Assembly: GCA_040954595.2 (NCBI GenBank)
Contig: CM082597.2
Coordinates: forward strand, 3,024,265-3,088,264
Reading direction: 5' to 3'
Source: Balanoglossus misakiensis
Taxonomy: Eukaryota; Animalia; Hemichordata
Length of the DNA stretch: 64,000 nucleotides
Shown: positions 1-13,174 of the stretch, one piece after another
Layout of the letters: each line of letters begins with the position of its first letter
Position numbering within the stretch: position 1 is the stretch's first letter
Program-made: the position numbers and the translations under genes
Notes under the pieces: model-generated
Seen by the model: only the letters and a program-made list of their open reading frames with translations
What the model was told of the DNA's origin: nothing
Databases searched by the model: none

Positions 1-239
1 ACCAGACACAGATACGTCACCATAAGAAGCATAACTTCCCTGGGAAACCTGTGGGGGCGCTAACAGAAGTGTGCGCATTGGTGGCACGTTTTTCATAGTT
101 ACCATGGAGAGCTTTAGAACAGTCCAATGCCAGATTTTCACGGGGTGGCCACGCGAAAAATGAGCGCCTCGTCATGTTCTTTAGAATACCATTAAGATGG
201 CTATATTTAAATTAGACGGAGGTGACTGTATACCTTTAA
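1..239. mobile_element. Partial MITE with TTAA-AGG terminus (Kolobok/T2-like), same family as 27775-27961
   Basis: Ends in ggaggtgactgtatacctttaa (218-239), the exact reverse complement of the left end of the element at 27775. Internal similarity (gttaccatgg, cacgcgaaaaa, tgttctttagaat). The other end lies outside the window. Confidence 0.7.
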
Positions 240-1307
240 TGTAACAGCTTGGTTACCAGTGTCCAATTTTACCATTGAGCACCAATGTGATGAGATGCCT
301 TCAACTCATACAGTAAACGCTTATCGAAATGAATTTCGAATAAATTGAGCCGATATTCCTTCCTGTCTGTCAACTGATTTAATTTTTTCATACTTGCGCG
401 CACCCTATGGGCCTATTGACAATTTTAATTGCGTCTTCCTGGTTACTTCATCTTACCGATACTCACTTGGAAGTTCTCGACTGGAGTCAAGTAATTTTCC
501 ACACACAAACCTAACGTATTGATTTGTGTTGACAACGCCCTCTCCCCTAGAGTGGCGATAACCACACTTTCGTTTTATACTCCGGTCGACCCATGGCCTA
601 CATCTGGTATGGAGAAATATCATTGGTCGACGCCCATACACCATATGTTACAGAATTAGAATTATTTTTCTGACTTCGTTTTTCCGCGTTCCATTCAAAT
701 GAGAACACATGCACTTTTGAACCTAAGCTGGCACGTACATCGCCGAGTGTCTACCACTCAACTGACTTAGGAGCTGCATGATGATGAATATCCAACCACT
801 TTCCAACATGAGGCAAACGGGCTCCTATTCCCTTTACCTGTTGGAAAATTTATTGGTGTATTCCTAATAACATAAGTAGTGGAATTGATGATATCAGCAA
901 ATAAAAATAATCAATGCAAATGATCAGCCCACTCCATGTACACACTTCCCAGTCTTAAAGAATTAATGTAACAAACACCTGAACGGGGAAAGGTATACGG
1001 TTTGATGTGTATAGAGCGTTTCCGCGTGTCACAACGGTTGACCTAAGAAAGACAATCAAGACCTTGGCAAGGGTAACCTAAATTCTAGCACGAATCAAGA
1101 CTTCCGCATTTGGGTTTTTTATTTGCCCAATCCTCTATTGATTTCACTAAGTATTATGGTGTGTGTTTCTGTGTGACTCACTACTGCTGTGCGGAAGTAC
1201 AGGTAAGTTAATTTTCCAGGGTCTCTTAGTTCTTGACCCGCCTTTTGTGCTGTGACGCATATGAGCTTTCACTCTCCACGCCCAATCCTGTTAGTCAGAA
1301 ACAGGTG

Positions 1308-1395
1308 AAGAGAGAGAGGGCGAGAGAGGGGGGAGAGACAGAGACAGGCAGAGAGAGACTGACAGACACACACAGAGGGGGAGACAGGGGCAGTC
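1308..1395. repeat. AG/AC-rich low-complexity tract
   Basis: gagagagaggg...gagacagagacagg...gacagacacacacagaggggg. Confidence 0.7.
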
Positions 1396-2704
1396 TGTCA
1401 GAATGATAACATGCCCAGAAGCAAACAAACAAATAACCAAACAGAGCGAGTAGCCTTTGTGACTTTATACACACTGAGAGTAGTACTGCCCCGGTGAAAG
1501 GCAACATTAGAAACTCCAGGAGTTTGTAATATTGTTATTTTTCTCACGAGGCCAAGAAGTCGACCGTGGTGAGCTTTGACCCTTCAAACACGATGCCCTG
1601 GAATTTGGAAGATCCTCATTTTTCTTAACTCACCACACCAGCCAGAAAATGTATTGAATGCATTAATGGCGTCCATTAGATTTATTCTTGAGCCTGGACA
1701 GTCTCCAAATGTGTCTTTAAACAAACCACTTGTAAATCCGGTCCTGACCTACAAAAAAGTCAGTCTTGCCTACGGGCACAGAAACCGGGTTGGGACTTGC
1801 GGACTGCCACTTTTATAGTGACATTATAATACCTTTCTTTTTTTTACTCTGAATTATGGCTGAAATTTAGGCAGAGCCTCTCCGCGGCATATTCATGAAA
1901 CACTATAAACAGAAAAGCCACCTGTTATCAGTAACCAATAAATATGTCAAAAAGAAATGACCCATGTGTCCAGATGGTATGACACCCACGAAATCCTTGA
2001 GTATTACGGCTTTCACCAGAGGCCAGCCAAAGTTGACGTGACCTCAAAATTTAGTGCTCACAGAGCATTATCTCAAAAGGTGGGCCGGAATTGTAGACTT
2101 GTGTCCACTTCAAGCTTAGAAAAAGTTTTCTTTAGCTGTTTACACACGGATAAATTTATCGTCGTGACATTCTGACCCCGTCGAAGTCTCCTGACCTTTT
2201 GAGGAAGAAACTAAACTTGCAGATATTTACACGCTGCGTTGAATCCATTGTTGAGTTGACGTTCCTGCTATAAACTGTCGAATGGGTTGACAAGATGAAC
2301 ATATATACTTGTTCAGATTTTCAGACCCCTCAGACGACGAAGAAACTGCACTGGCGTGCATTTCACGTGATTGAAGTATTTTCCGTTATATTTGCCGATA
2401 AGAGTTCAACACATGTCGGCAATGTGACAGATTGCTTGACTTGTGTGTACACACGGTAAAATTTACAATTTAAAAACATGTAATAAACGCAACTTTAATC
2501 GCAAAATTGGTTACTTATTAGATTTTCACTCGAGATAGACACGAAATTCACACACCCTTTCAAACGGAATACAATAATATATGGTGTCTGCTTTTAACTT
2601 GTGAGTTGGTTGTTTTAGGGTAGATGCAACACGAAAATCAAAATCTTATTTTTTTTCTCATATTTCGCCCAATGCCACTTAAGATTATTCTCGCTTGTAA
2701 TTGA

Positions 2705-2785
2705 AAATAAAAATTGGGGGTCAGTGTGTAAAATTTTGAAAGAGAGAGCAAAATGATCTCAAGTTTGAATTTCAAAATGGCCGCC
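2705..2785 (+). repeat. Dispersed repeat fragment (second copy about 5155-5236)
   Basis: aataaaaattgggggtca...aaaattttgaa.gagagagc...tttgaatttcaaaatggccgc resembles aataaaaaaattgggtcacc...aaaattctgaatgagagagagc...tttgaagtccaaaatggacgc. Confidence 0.55.
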
Positions 2786-4404
2786 AGTATCTGTGTTAAG
2801 ATGGTGAAAACACATTATCTACGAAGATGGGTGGTCGGGTATTTCTACGGACAGATTTAACAGCCCGATATTTTTGTCGAGCGCGCGTGTAAATGGAATT
2901 TATACTGATATTTTGATCAACTGATAGACAGATAAACCGTTCCCGAGTCATTGGTGGCACGTCCTCGCCATACTGTATTCCGTGACCCCGCGTTGACCCC
3001 GGAAGTCTGGAGAGGGAAGTGAAATTTGAGTGTGTAATTTCGATCTCCAGATGGAGAGAATTCGCTATCTGACGTCATGGCAACTCAATTCGACCACATC
3101 GAAATGAAACAAGCACAAAACAACTGTAGCCCTGGAATTCGATTGACATTTGAACTCTCATCAACTGTTATATATAAACCACAATAATTTACTACATGAA
3201 ACGCTATCCCCTTAAACATTATAAAATGTAATTCCACCCTGGTCAAGCTGTCTGGTGATTAACAATTATTTTCGTAATGCCAAAGGTCAGACAAGGACAT
3301 TCACCATGTAAAACAGTAGTAATTAAATCCATGTGATCATATTCTATAAATTGCAGTTTACTTTGGAGTCAGTGGCGTAATCATCATTAATGGAGGAATT
3401 TCATTTTCATGTTATCACGTTCTGGGCTGTATTGGTCGCTGTGGTATACTGCGTCACCACATACATGTATAAATTGACTGATTATCGTCCTGGTATAATA
3501 CCTGAACGTTAGGGTGTGTCAGAGATTTGATTTAAGAACTTGAACAAAATTCACTCTGATTGAAATAAACCCACTGACACAGTCGTTTGTTTGACACATG
3601 TTCTCAGTGTGACCGACTAGTCAGGATTAATGATAACGTGTGGTTATTTTGGTGGAATTGAAATGGAACTTGAAGTATGTGTGAGTCATCATTCCTGGAA
3701 AACGAAAGTTCCCTTTCCAGACAAAGCCTTAAATAGAACACCATCAAATTGGAATGTGAGGCCCAGGGTCTTATGTCCTGGCATTAGATGGCAGAATGTG
3801 TCTCTGTTTGACATTTGTTTCCCCAACAGATATATTGCTTTACACAGCTTGTTATACAAAGATAATAACTTCGGGGAAAACTCGTTACAGGAACAGAGCA
3901 GACGTATATTGTACGTAATGTAGAAGCGGTCTCTACACGTTTAGTTAGCAGCCACCCTTCATTTCAAAAAGTGTCCTGCAGCTGGAAAACATGAAAAGCC
4001 CTATGGCAGGCTGCCTTGTACAGAAAGTCGTCACAGACCAACTTTCTATCGGCCACAGGTCTGTGCCCGCATTAGAAAAATACTTTGCTTCTAGATATAA
4101 TTTGACCTTAACTTCAAGGTCATACTGTTCTCCAAAGTCATACTAGGCAGCTCGGACTGACACAATTTGCTTTGAGGACAGAACTCCAACCATAATTTAG
4201 ATTCAGCTTTCTTAGTGCACCGGGGGTCAAGCAAGATAAGATTAAACGCTAAACTTCCTCGTATCGTGTATCATAGACAACTGGTTATGTGAAGTGACCC
4301 AAGTTTGCCTGGGACAGCCACACTGACTTGTATGGGTGGGTTATCCCTTTAAAAGCAGCTGGTTTGTATTCTTAACAACAGTTACATTTGCATAGTTATA
4401 CCAA

Positions 4405-4462
4405 CACCATCATCGTCATCATCAGCATCATCATCACCACCTCCACCACCAGCCCCATCATT

Positions 4463-4493
<31 letters not shown>

Positions 4494-4495
4494 CC
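4405..4495. repeat. (CAT)n/(CAC)n microsatellite
   Basis: catcatcatcatcatcatcatcatcatcatca with flanking cac/cat triplets. Confidence 0.85.
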
Positions 4496-5364
4496 CTGCT
4501 ACTACTCTCAACAAAATAAACTGACTCCAAATGCCCATAGATATCAAACGGTTATTTGCCTTGGCAAACTAATTTAATGGTAGTCATATTTTCGCTGCAG
4601 AAAATTAATATAAAGTTTTACAATTAGTGCTATACAAATAATATCTTAATTTATAAAAAAAAACATACAGGTAGTTCCTTAAATTCCTTTGGTATTTGTT
4701 TTAATACTGCTGATGGTATTTCGCAATAGCTGATGTATTATTTATATTGTGCATATGTTCATGTATTCATAACTTTATTTTGTTTATAATAAATGAAATC
4801 AGGTGACCATCTTTTTTCTATTTTCCCATTTTATTCCCAAAGAATTTTCACTTGGACATGTATAGTTTGGAAAATACATTCCCTATGACTGAGTTACTAT
4901 AAACTGATGTAAATAGCTAATAATGGTATCATAAATCGGTTTTGTGAAATGATATAAAAACGTTTTATGAGTGGAATTCTTGGTGGTCAAACAATAAGCA
5001 AAGATACAAAATGTACAAACTTCTTGCTGATTATTAACGGAAAGACCACTAAACGCAAGACACAATTATTTCTTTTGAGGTAATATTAAATACACTTGAC
5101 TACAGAAACTGTTGAAGAGGAAGAATTCTACTCAAATCAATCCTTAAAATTGATAATAAAAAAATTGGGTCACCATGCAAAATTCTGAATGAGAGAGAGC
5201 CATATTGTTTCAACTTTGAAGTCCAAAATGGACGCTAGTACGGTATATGTGTAAAGGACTATGGATTTTCTGAAACTGTTTTCCTCAGGTGCATTCTTCC
5301 TAATAATGTCACTAATTTCGCAATTGTATGCTAGCCATACATCACACTGAATACTAGACCGAGC

Positions 5365-8300
5365 CTATTTATCACCCTTTGCTTGGGCGGCTGTCTTTTG
5401 AATGTCCACCGTTGCATACTCTGTTGCTTCGTCCTGCACTGGGGGTTTATTGGGCTGCGCGGCACTAGGTGTTCCAGCATGATCCAAATCAGCGTACACG
5501 AGACCCTCCACATTGTTATCTGTATTGTACTGATAGTGAACAAAGTTGAAAAAAAAACATGTTATTGATATCTCAGGAAACTCAAAATAACCAGTTGACC
5601 TTTTGAAATGGAAGTGTTGGTTATAGTCACACAAGGGTATTTAACTTGTGCACTCTGCCCTGATTTCAATCAAGGTGCCTCCAGTTAAACAGTTTTTGAG
5701 TAAACAACAAAATGGCTAACGGTACATGTGTTTTACAGGTCCTGGAGGTGGTTCTTTGAAGGAAGTTCAGTGTTTTAACCCGGAAATGCGATTATTTAGC
5801 ATGGGGAATTATGATAACTCTGATGTGCACAGTTTAGTTCCTGCTTGGATTGTCAGGAAAATTGAAACGTGCAATAATTCAAGACAGGTTCATAAATAAC
5901 TCACCATTCTTGGTGGTTCTTGTGGTGGCATTTCCTCATCTTTTTGATCTAATGGGAAATGATAAAAAGTCGAGAGAGAATATTACAACATAAACCAGTA
6001 ATCAATTTAGAGCCATTTCCTGAATAACAGCCATATATCTTAATTTTCTCATCGATATAAAGTGAAATTTTCAAGAAGTCATAGAGTCTTAAAATCAGCA
6101 ATGCGTACCAGTATCTGGTTTCTTCGAGATGCTATCCTTCTTATCCTGGTATAAATGAAATAAATGTCATTAGTAAGAATGTCTTGAGATCAAAATTCAG
6201 CGTGTTGAACACGAAATATGCTATGTGCTCAGGATAGTGAGAACCCACATTTGTTCTGTGTTGGGTTATTTTGGTTAATTTACTGCAGGCTATATGTGTA
6301 ATGTACCAATTAATGACATTAAATAGAGAGTCAAGCTCAGAATACTGAAATGGAAATGGTGCAAAATGTAAAAAACGGGAGAGAAAAAATTGTCCACTGT
6401 CACCTTTTTAATGGACTTCTTGGTGGGTTGTGAATATAGATTAGCAGGGTCATCAATATCGTCTACCTTTCCACCAGTGTTGGTTTTACCGAATGAAGAT
6501 ATAGGTTCCTCTGCCAAGGAAAAGAGAAGAATTCATCAGACATTAATGAGTTTGCGATGACTGATGCATCATTTATGACAATAGTACAGTTTCCATCTCT
6601 TTTGTGTTTACTGCTAGAGTAGACAACGTTCCAGAGTCACAACCCGAAAAAGAATTAAACTTTAAGTACCGGTGAACATATCAGATCCTCGCTTGTCCTC
6701 CATGCCATTAGCAGCCTCAGATCCCGTACCTACAGGGCTTGGTCGAATTCTTTCTGGATTGTCGTAATCATTGAATGCCTCTGGAGGTCTGTTATAGAAA
6801 ACACAAATGTGTTCATCAAACTCATAAAATCAGCTGCATACTTCTGCAACTTCTACAGAACTAAACAAATATGATCTATCTATCCGTCAATTCATCTATC
6901 GTCTGCCAAATATCCGTCAATGTATCTGGCCTCAACCCATCCACCCATCTGTCCCAATACCCACTCGTCCGAATCCATCTATCCATCCAACCACAAAACT
7001 GTATCTTCCCCTATTTCTGTCACTCTTGTTTATCTAGAATGTTATTGTACTTACGAATCATAATTTAATGCAGCCATCTCTGAAACAAAAGAGAATATAA
7101 TTAATGGTATCCGCATATGAACCATCTCTTTCAATGTAAACTTACTTCATGAATAACTTTAAATCCCACAATTGATTTGTAATATTATCCTTACCTGAAT
7201 CAACGTTTCGGTTATCAGTTGGCTTTTTCTGACGTTTAATCATGACAGCGAGCACTATTATGATGATAATAAGGAGAAGAATTCCACCAGAAATGCTGGC
7301 AATGAGGGGGACGGGTATTTGTGTATTTGGCTGTTTAGCTGAAAGTTGAAAGTAAATTATTCAGAAATAAATCATGCATGTCTGAAATGTATCCAGTGAA
7401 TGTTCACTTTGCCATCATTCAAAACGTTGCCCATGTCACATGAAAGTGTGCTTACATGTCATGTAATCTATACTTTGTTGCGTTCATATTTTTTTATATT
7501 GACACAGACCAGGCACACTGTAGGTGAATAGCCATGCATACACCATAAATATTTAGTCATAAACAAAATTATTATTACACATTGTTAGTACCTGTCAGAA
7601 TTGCAATAAAAGAATTTAGGTCTACGCATCTTACTTGGTTTTTCCTCAACAGTTAGCTGTATTTTATGAACATCTGAACCAACATAATTAGTGGCGGTGC
7701 ATGTGTACTCCCCTCCATCAACATCTGAGACACTCGCAATGCGCAAAATCTCGCCATCTCCTCTGTGTGTGCTGCCTTTCATCCAAGTGATGGTGGCCAA
7801 GGGATAAGCATCGACGTTGCATTGCAGGTTGACTGCCTCTCCAATGGTTGCTGTCACAGCATCAACTCCCTTGTTGGTTATACTTGGCGCGTCTAAAATG
7901 TAATGAGACATATGGCAGATCAATAATGTTGTCCAGTTATCAAATAAAATTACTAAGTCAGTCTCTATGGATATAGAGCACTTATTCAATAGACTATCCA
8001 CAATCTCGGCAAATTGTTGGGGGATTATGATCCATACACTAGCTTACTCTTGCTTGGTGGTCAGTGCCACAAAATTTACTTATCTACCAGTTAACGAATT
8101 GATTGATTGATTCGACCAACCTGTGGTCTGTATACACGGTCTCTACTGTAGATCTGTTGATAATGCTGTTAAGCTGTAAAGTACCAGAATTTATTATCAT
8201 AGTCATAAAAATGACTTGACGTTCTATAGGTATATTCTGCATACGTGATTTAGTTATAATTAGGGCCTACTCACAGTGAACAATGATCAATACTGATGAA

Positions 8301-11300
8301 CTTGTTCCATTGTCAAAACTGCCGTCAACAAATTCTGTGGTGGCCGCACAGTAGTAACTGCCATTACGCCATCGCTCAATAACCCTGAGGTCAAATGTGT
8401 GATTTGTGACCCCGTCCTCATTCACCATGGTGTCGACCTCGTTGGTTGTTTCATTAACATGATACAGTGTAATAGAGTGTGGATCCGGAATACCGTCAGT
8501 CACTGTACATGTTATCTTGGTTTGGTTGCCTTCTATGAGAACATCAGTTGGCCCAGTAACTTCAACATCTGCAATGTCTGGTAGGTGAGAAGTTCATAAA
8601 ATGAAAATTAATTCAAAATTGGAATCAATATACAGCACAAAACATATTCCAAAATATTTCATATTCATGAAATTAAAAAAGTGTTTGCACTCAAATAAAA
8701 TTAGAGTCTGACTTACATTCCACAATGATCTCAGTTGTATCAAATCCAATACCAACATCTCCATCATCGAATGCAGTTTCAGCTGAACAGTTATACACAC
8801 CAGCGTCCAGACGTTTGATCATTTCAATGGTGTGAACCAATTCTGATGTGATTATGTCACCATCCTTTGTCCATTCCTGTGTTGCCGGTGGATTAGAAGT
8901 AACTGTACATTGAAGAGTCACTTTGCCATTTTCTTTAATCCTGTTAGAAGTTGCGTTTACTACAATTTCAGGTCCAACTGTTAAAATGAGCGGAAGTTAT
9001 TACTAATTAGGTAAATTAAGCATTAACATTAAATAATGTAAACGACACATACTATATATTTTGCAAGGTTTATCAACTATCAATCAATACTTACATTGGA
9101 CATCGAGATAAGTTCTTTTATTTCCTGAGCCCTCTGTGCCATCATAATATGTGTTATTTCCAATACACACATAAAATCCAGTCATACTGCGAATGACGTC
9201 ATTCAAGATAAGTTTTGAACCAGACATTGTATCCCCTTGAGGTAGACGCCATGTGAATTCGACACTAGCCGGGTTCGCATCTAAGACGTTACATATAAGT
9301 GTGACATTCTCATACTCTCTAGAAACATACCCCATGGGCAATGCAAGTCTTGGTGGATCTACAAAAAAAGTTATACTTTAGTGTGATACATTTGTTAATT
9401 GACTTTTGTCATATTTTAAGTCCCTTTGAGTTTCAAAAGAGGATGTAAATTAATTCATGGAAGGTAACTACCACACAAAAATTCATATAAATGCACCTAT
9501 AATATAAAGAAAACTTACACTGTACATCAAGGTTAAACGCCTGTGTGTCGGTCATGGTAACATTGTTCCAAAATGTAGTCTTTGCTTCACAAGTATAGTC
9601 TCCACTTTGATGGCGCATGACATTTTCAAATCTCAGTATTTCACTATTGGAGACGGTGCCTGTTGTTGTCATCCACTGAACATGTGGTGCAGGATTGGAA
9701 CTGACGTTGCATAGTTTTTCAAATTCCCTGTCTTCAACTTCAAATATTGTCTGTTCAAAGTCTTCAATTTGCGGCGAATCTATGTTAAGAGAACTCATGA
9801 TTAGTCTTTAAGTTAAGCTCCAAATATAACCTAGACTGAATAACAATATATATAATCCCAGGAATGTTTGTTTTAAATGGCAGTTTTATAAATTGAATTA
9901 AGTGTTACTTACATTGAACGTCAACAAAAATCTCAGTACTTCCAGTGCCTTCCGATTCATCCCAGAATTCATTTGTTGCAATACATGTGTGCAAACCATG
10001 ATCATCCCTTGAAACCGTCGTTAGGTTCAACCATCTACTGTCATTACCAGAAGTGTCTTGCCAATAAATTGCAGTAACATCAGGATTGGCATCAATAACG
10101 CTACATTCTATATATATGCCATCACCAGTAATCACAGAACCACTGTTGCTAGCATCTCCATGAACTGTAGCTTGAAGGGAAGCGTTGTCTAATATAATGA
10201 GAACAAATAATCATAAATATGTAATCAATCAAAGAAGGTGTCACAATGTCTCAGTTATTGACAACGTCAATTTTTATATATATTCTCTTATAAATCTATA
10301 CTCACACTGTACGTCCAGTTCAATCATGTCACTTCCGTATCCTTGGTTTTTGTTGAAAAATGTATTATTGGCATGACACGTGTAAATTCCCCCGTCTGTT
10401 CTCTTCACATTGCTGAGGTGGAGCTGGGAAGTATTGTTAAGCCTGCTGTTGTCAGGGCCTGTCCATGAAACAACTGCTGGTGGGTTTGCATCTACTTCGC
10501 AGGATGCATTGTATTGTTTTCCGTCTATTACTTTCCCATTACTTTTGTCAGTTATAGTTGCAAATGGTCTGTCTGTTGAAAACATGATACATTTATACAA
10601 TATTTATAGCATGATTAATGCTTAGTAGCCAACTTTGTTTTAGTAGCTGTGAAATAGTCTACCTTGCATGAATAAAGTAATGTTGATCTCAGACGTAACA
10701 AACAGCGTCATGAATGTAAGTGAAAATGAATAGTGAGTATTTCACAACTGAGAATAAATGGTTTCTAGCTTGCTCTGATAGTTTATCATAACAGTAACAG
10801 TTGCCATATTAATCACACTGCGGAATTGACAGTAATGATAAATTTGTAAATGAATTATACTTGAACTTACAATGCACACTCAGTTCTACGGATGCAGTAC
10901 CATTCCCCTTCGTACCATCATAAAAAGCATTCTGAGCGACACATTTATACGTCCCGTTATCTTCCCTGGTGGCATTTTCCAGTATGAGCGTCAGGTTCTC
11001 ATAAATGTCACCATTGGGTAATAGCCAATACCAATTATCAATTTTATCCGGGTTTCCCATCTCCTGAATTTCACACTCAGCAAAGTAGTTATCACCTTCT
11101 ACAACCACATTGTCTGTTGTCTTGGTAACATTCACGATCGGCGGAACTAAAACGACAAAATGCACAGTGTGTGTTATATCAAAGTACGCTTATGAGATTA
11201 ATACACTGAATAAATATTTACAAATCTCAGGACACCTATAGTTTGAAATGAATTTTGAATCAGCTGCCCAAGCATCAAAGAATGTCAAGATACTGAAACC

Positions 11301-13174
11301 CGTTCACGCGAAATTTTCTTTTGAACCCAAGGAAGTTATGAAACTCTGTAGGGATTTACATTGACAGAATACTGCAGAAGAGAGCTCCTACAGTTGAAAT
11401 ACCAGTACTATATCTGAAATGTTATCTCAGGCTAATAAAGCATCCTCAATATTGGCAACATTGACTTGTGTACCTTAATTTGTATATACAATAATGAAAA
11501 TTAACACTTGATGTTATAGTTGGAAAATTGTGTGTTCCTAAATTAGGATTCTGCATGTTGAATTATAGAAATAAAACCAAGATATTTTAACAACTGGTTG
11601 CTGAAAATGAATCATATAATAGAGATGTCCCTTACACTCTACGTTCATTGTGATACTCTCACACATTAAGTTGCTTTCGCTTGCCAGGGGTAGCGTGATG
11701 TAATCAATTCCACAATATAGAGTGGCTCCATTTTCCTCTCTGGTAAATGATCTTGAAAATATGTGTTCTTGTGATGCATTTCTAGACTCTTCTTGACCAT
11801 TCACAATCCACACTGTTTCACCTGGTGGTACTCCATTTTCACTGCTGCAATTGAATATTGTTTCCTGTCCTTGTATTGTTGTTTGTCCCGGATAAACTTG
11901 ACATGTTGGACCCGATTCTGCAGTGAAATAAAACACATACATTACTTGAGTCATGACCTGTCTGACACTTTTTTCTACATGTGAACATTCATCATTTGTC
12001 TTGTTCAACTACTTTCACCGTGATAGGTATGTGCACTGCTACCTGCCAATGTCGAAATAAACACGCAAGAAATTTTGGCAGTGTCTAATTATCCCTAGCT
12101 GATAGTATTGGCTAAAATAAAGCTGGCATGGACTTAAAAGCAAGTGGAAAATTTGCAAGTTGCTGCTGATAGTTGACCCACATGTAAGACGCTATCTTTG
12201 TGATTCAGGCTTCTAGATGTAAAAGCATTGTACAATTGTTGCAATATTCCCTGTGACCTCATTGAAATATGCACTGCTTTATATGTTTGCATATTCAAAG
12301 TGGAATACTATTCATTTTTAATTCAAAACTATGCTACTGAATAGATATGGACAGATCAAATACATTAAAACAGTGGCTGTTTCAAAATAGACAGATCTTA
12401 CCTATAACATACAAGGTGATGCGTTTAGATACTGAATTATCATATGCTTTGCACTCGTGGTCCCTTTGAAATTCCGTTGTAACATTTTCTATATACAGAT
12501 GATAGTAATATTCATTTCCCATGGAACCTATCTTCACGGCATAATCATGATTGGCGATAGTACTACCAAGTGATATCTGCGCAGGCGTGTCTGCTGTATA
12601 CCTATACCAAGATAATAGCTTGCCTCCACGTTCGACAACACTGCAGTTTATTTGCGTTGTTGTATTGATAATGGCCAAGGTTGGTATTGGTTCTTCTTTG
12701 AATTCAATTGTCCGACCTGTAAATAAAACAGTATCTAACGTCCATCTGCTATTATATTTATCTCATGTAATTATTTTGGCTTACGCCTGGCAGTATATTT
12801 GCATAGGCGAGATAGTAAGCTTACTTAATGTTAGTTTTTTCTAGAAATGCTCTTGTAAGTAAATTTAACACTCGAGCTAGAGTCATGAAACTGAAAAATA
12901 AAAGAAATACAACATAATTTTTTTATGGTACTTTGTGCTCTTGATAAACCAGCAATATCAGAAAAAATATATTTGATACACCAATCACAACAGCCATTCT
13001 TAAAATATCGATTGCACAGACAGGAAGGTAGACAGACCAGTGTGACATGTTTTGCGCAGGGCTAAACCGATCACATTGTCTAAAGTAGATGCACTTACAT
13101 GTCCCCACAAGAACTGCAACGATCAGAATAAAATCGATGAATTTAACCTTGTTCTCTGCGATGAAGATCCCCAT
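5365..13174 (-). CDS. Receptor A: type I membrane protein, 10 Ig domains (nephrin/Kirrel/CD22-like), cytoplasmic ITIM+ITSM; about 1139 aa, 18 exons
   Basis: GT-AG exons with consistent phases: 13174-13099 (signal MGIFIAENKVKFIDFILIVAVLVGT). Ig1-10: 12716-12402, 11917-11636, 11146-10871, 10572-10306, 10188-9913, 9779-9519, 9358-9095, 8977-8717, 8577-8275, 7892-7635 (all phase 1-1, C...W...C pattern). TM 7338-7195 (LIASISGGILLLIIIIIVLAVMIKRQKK). Tail: 7079-7055, 6788-6730 (alternative donor 6670), 6510-6404, 6145-6109, 5948-5905, 5529-5365 (GLVYADLD...ATEYATVD, stop TAG). Confidence 0.9.
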
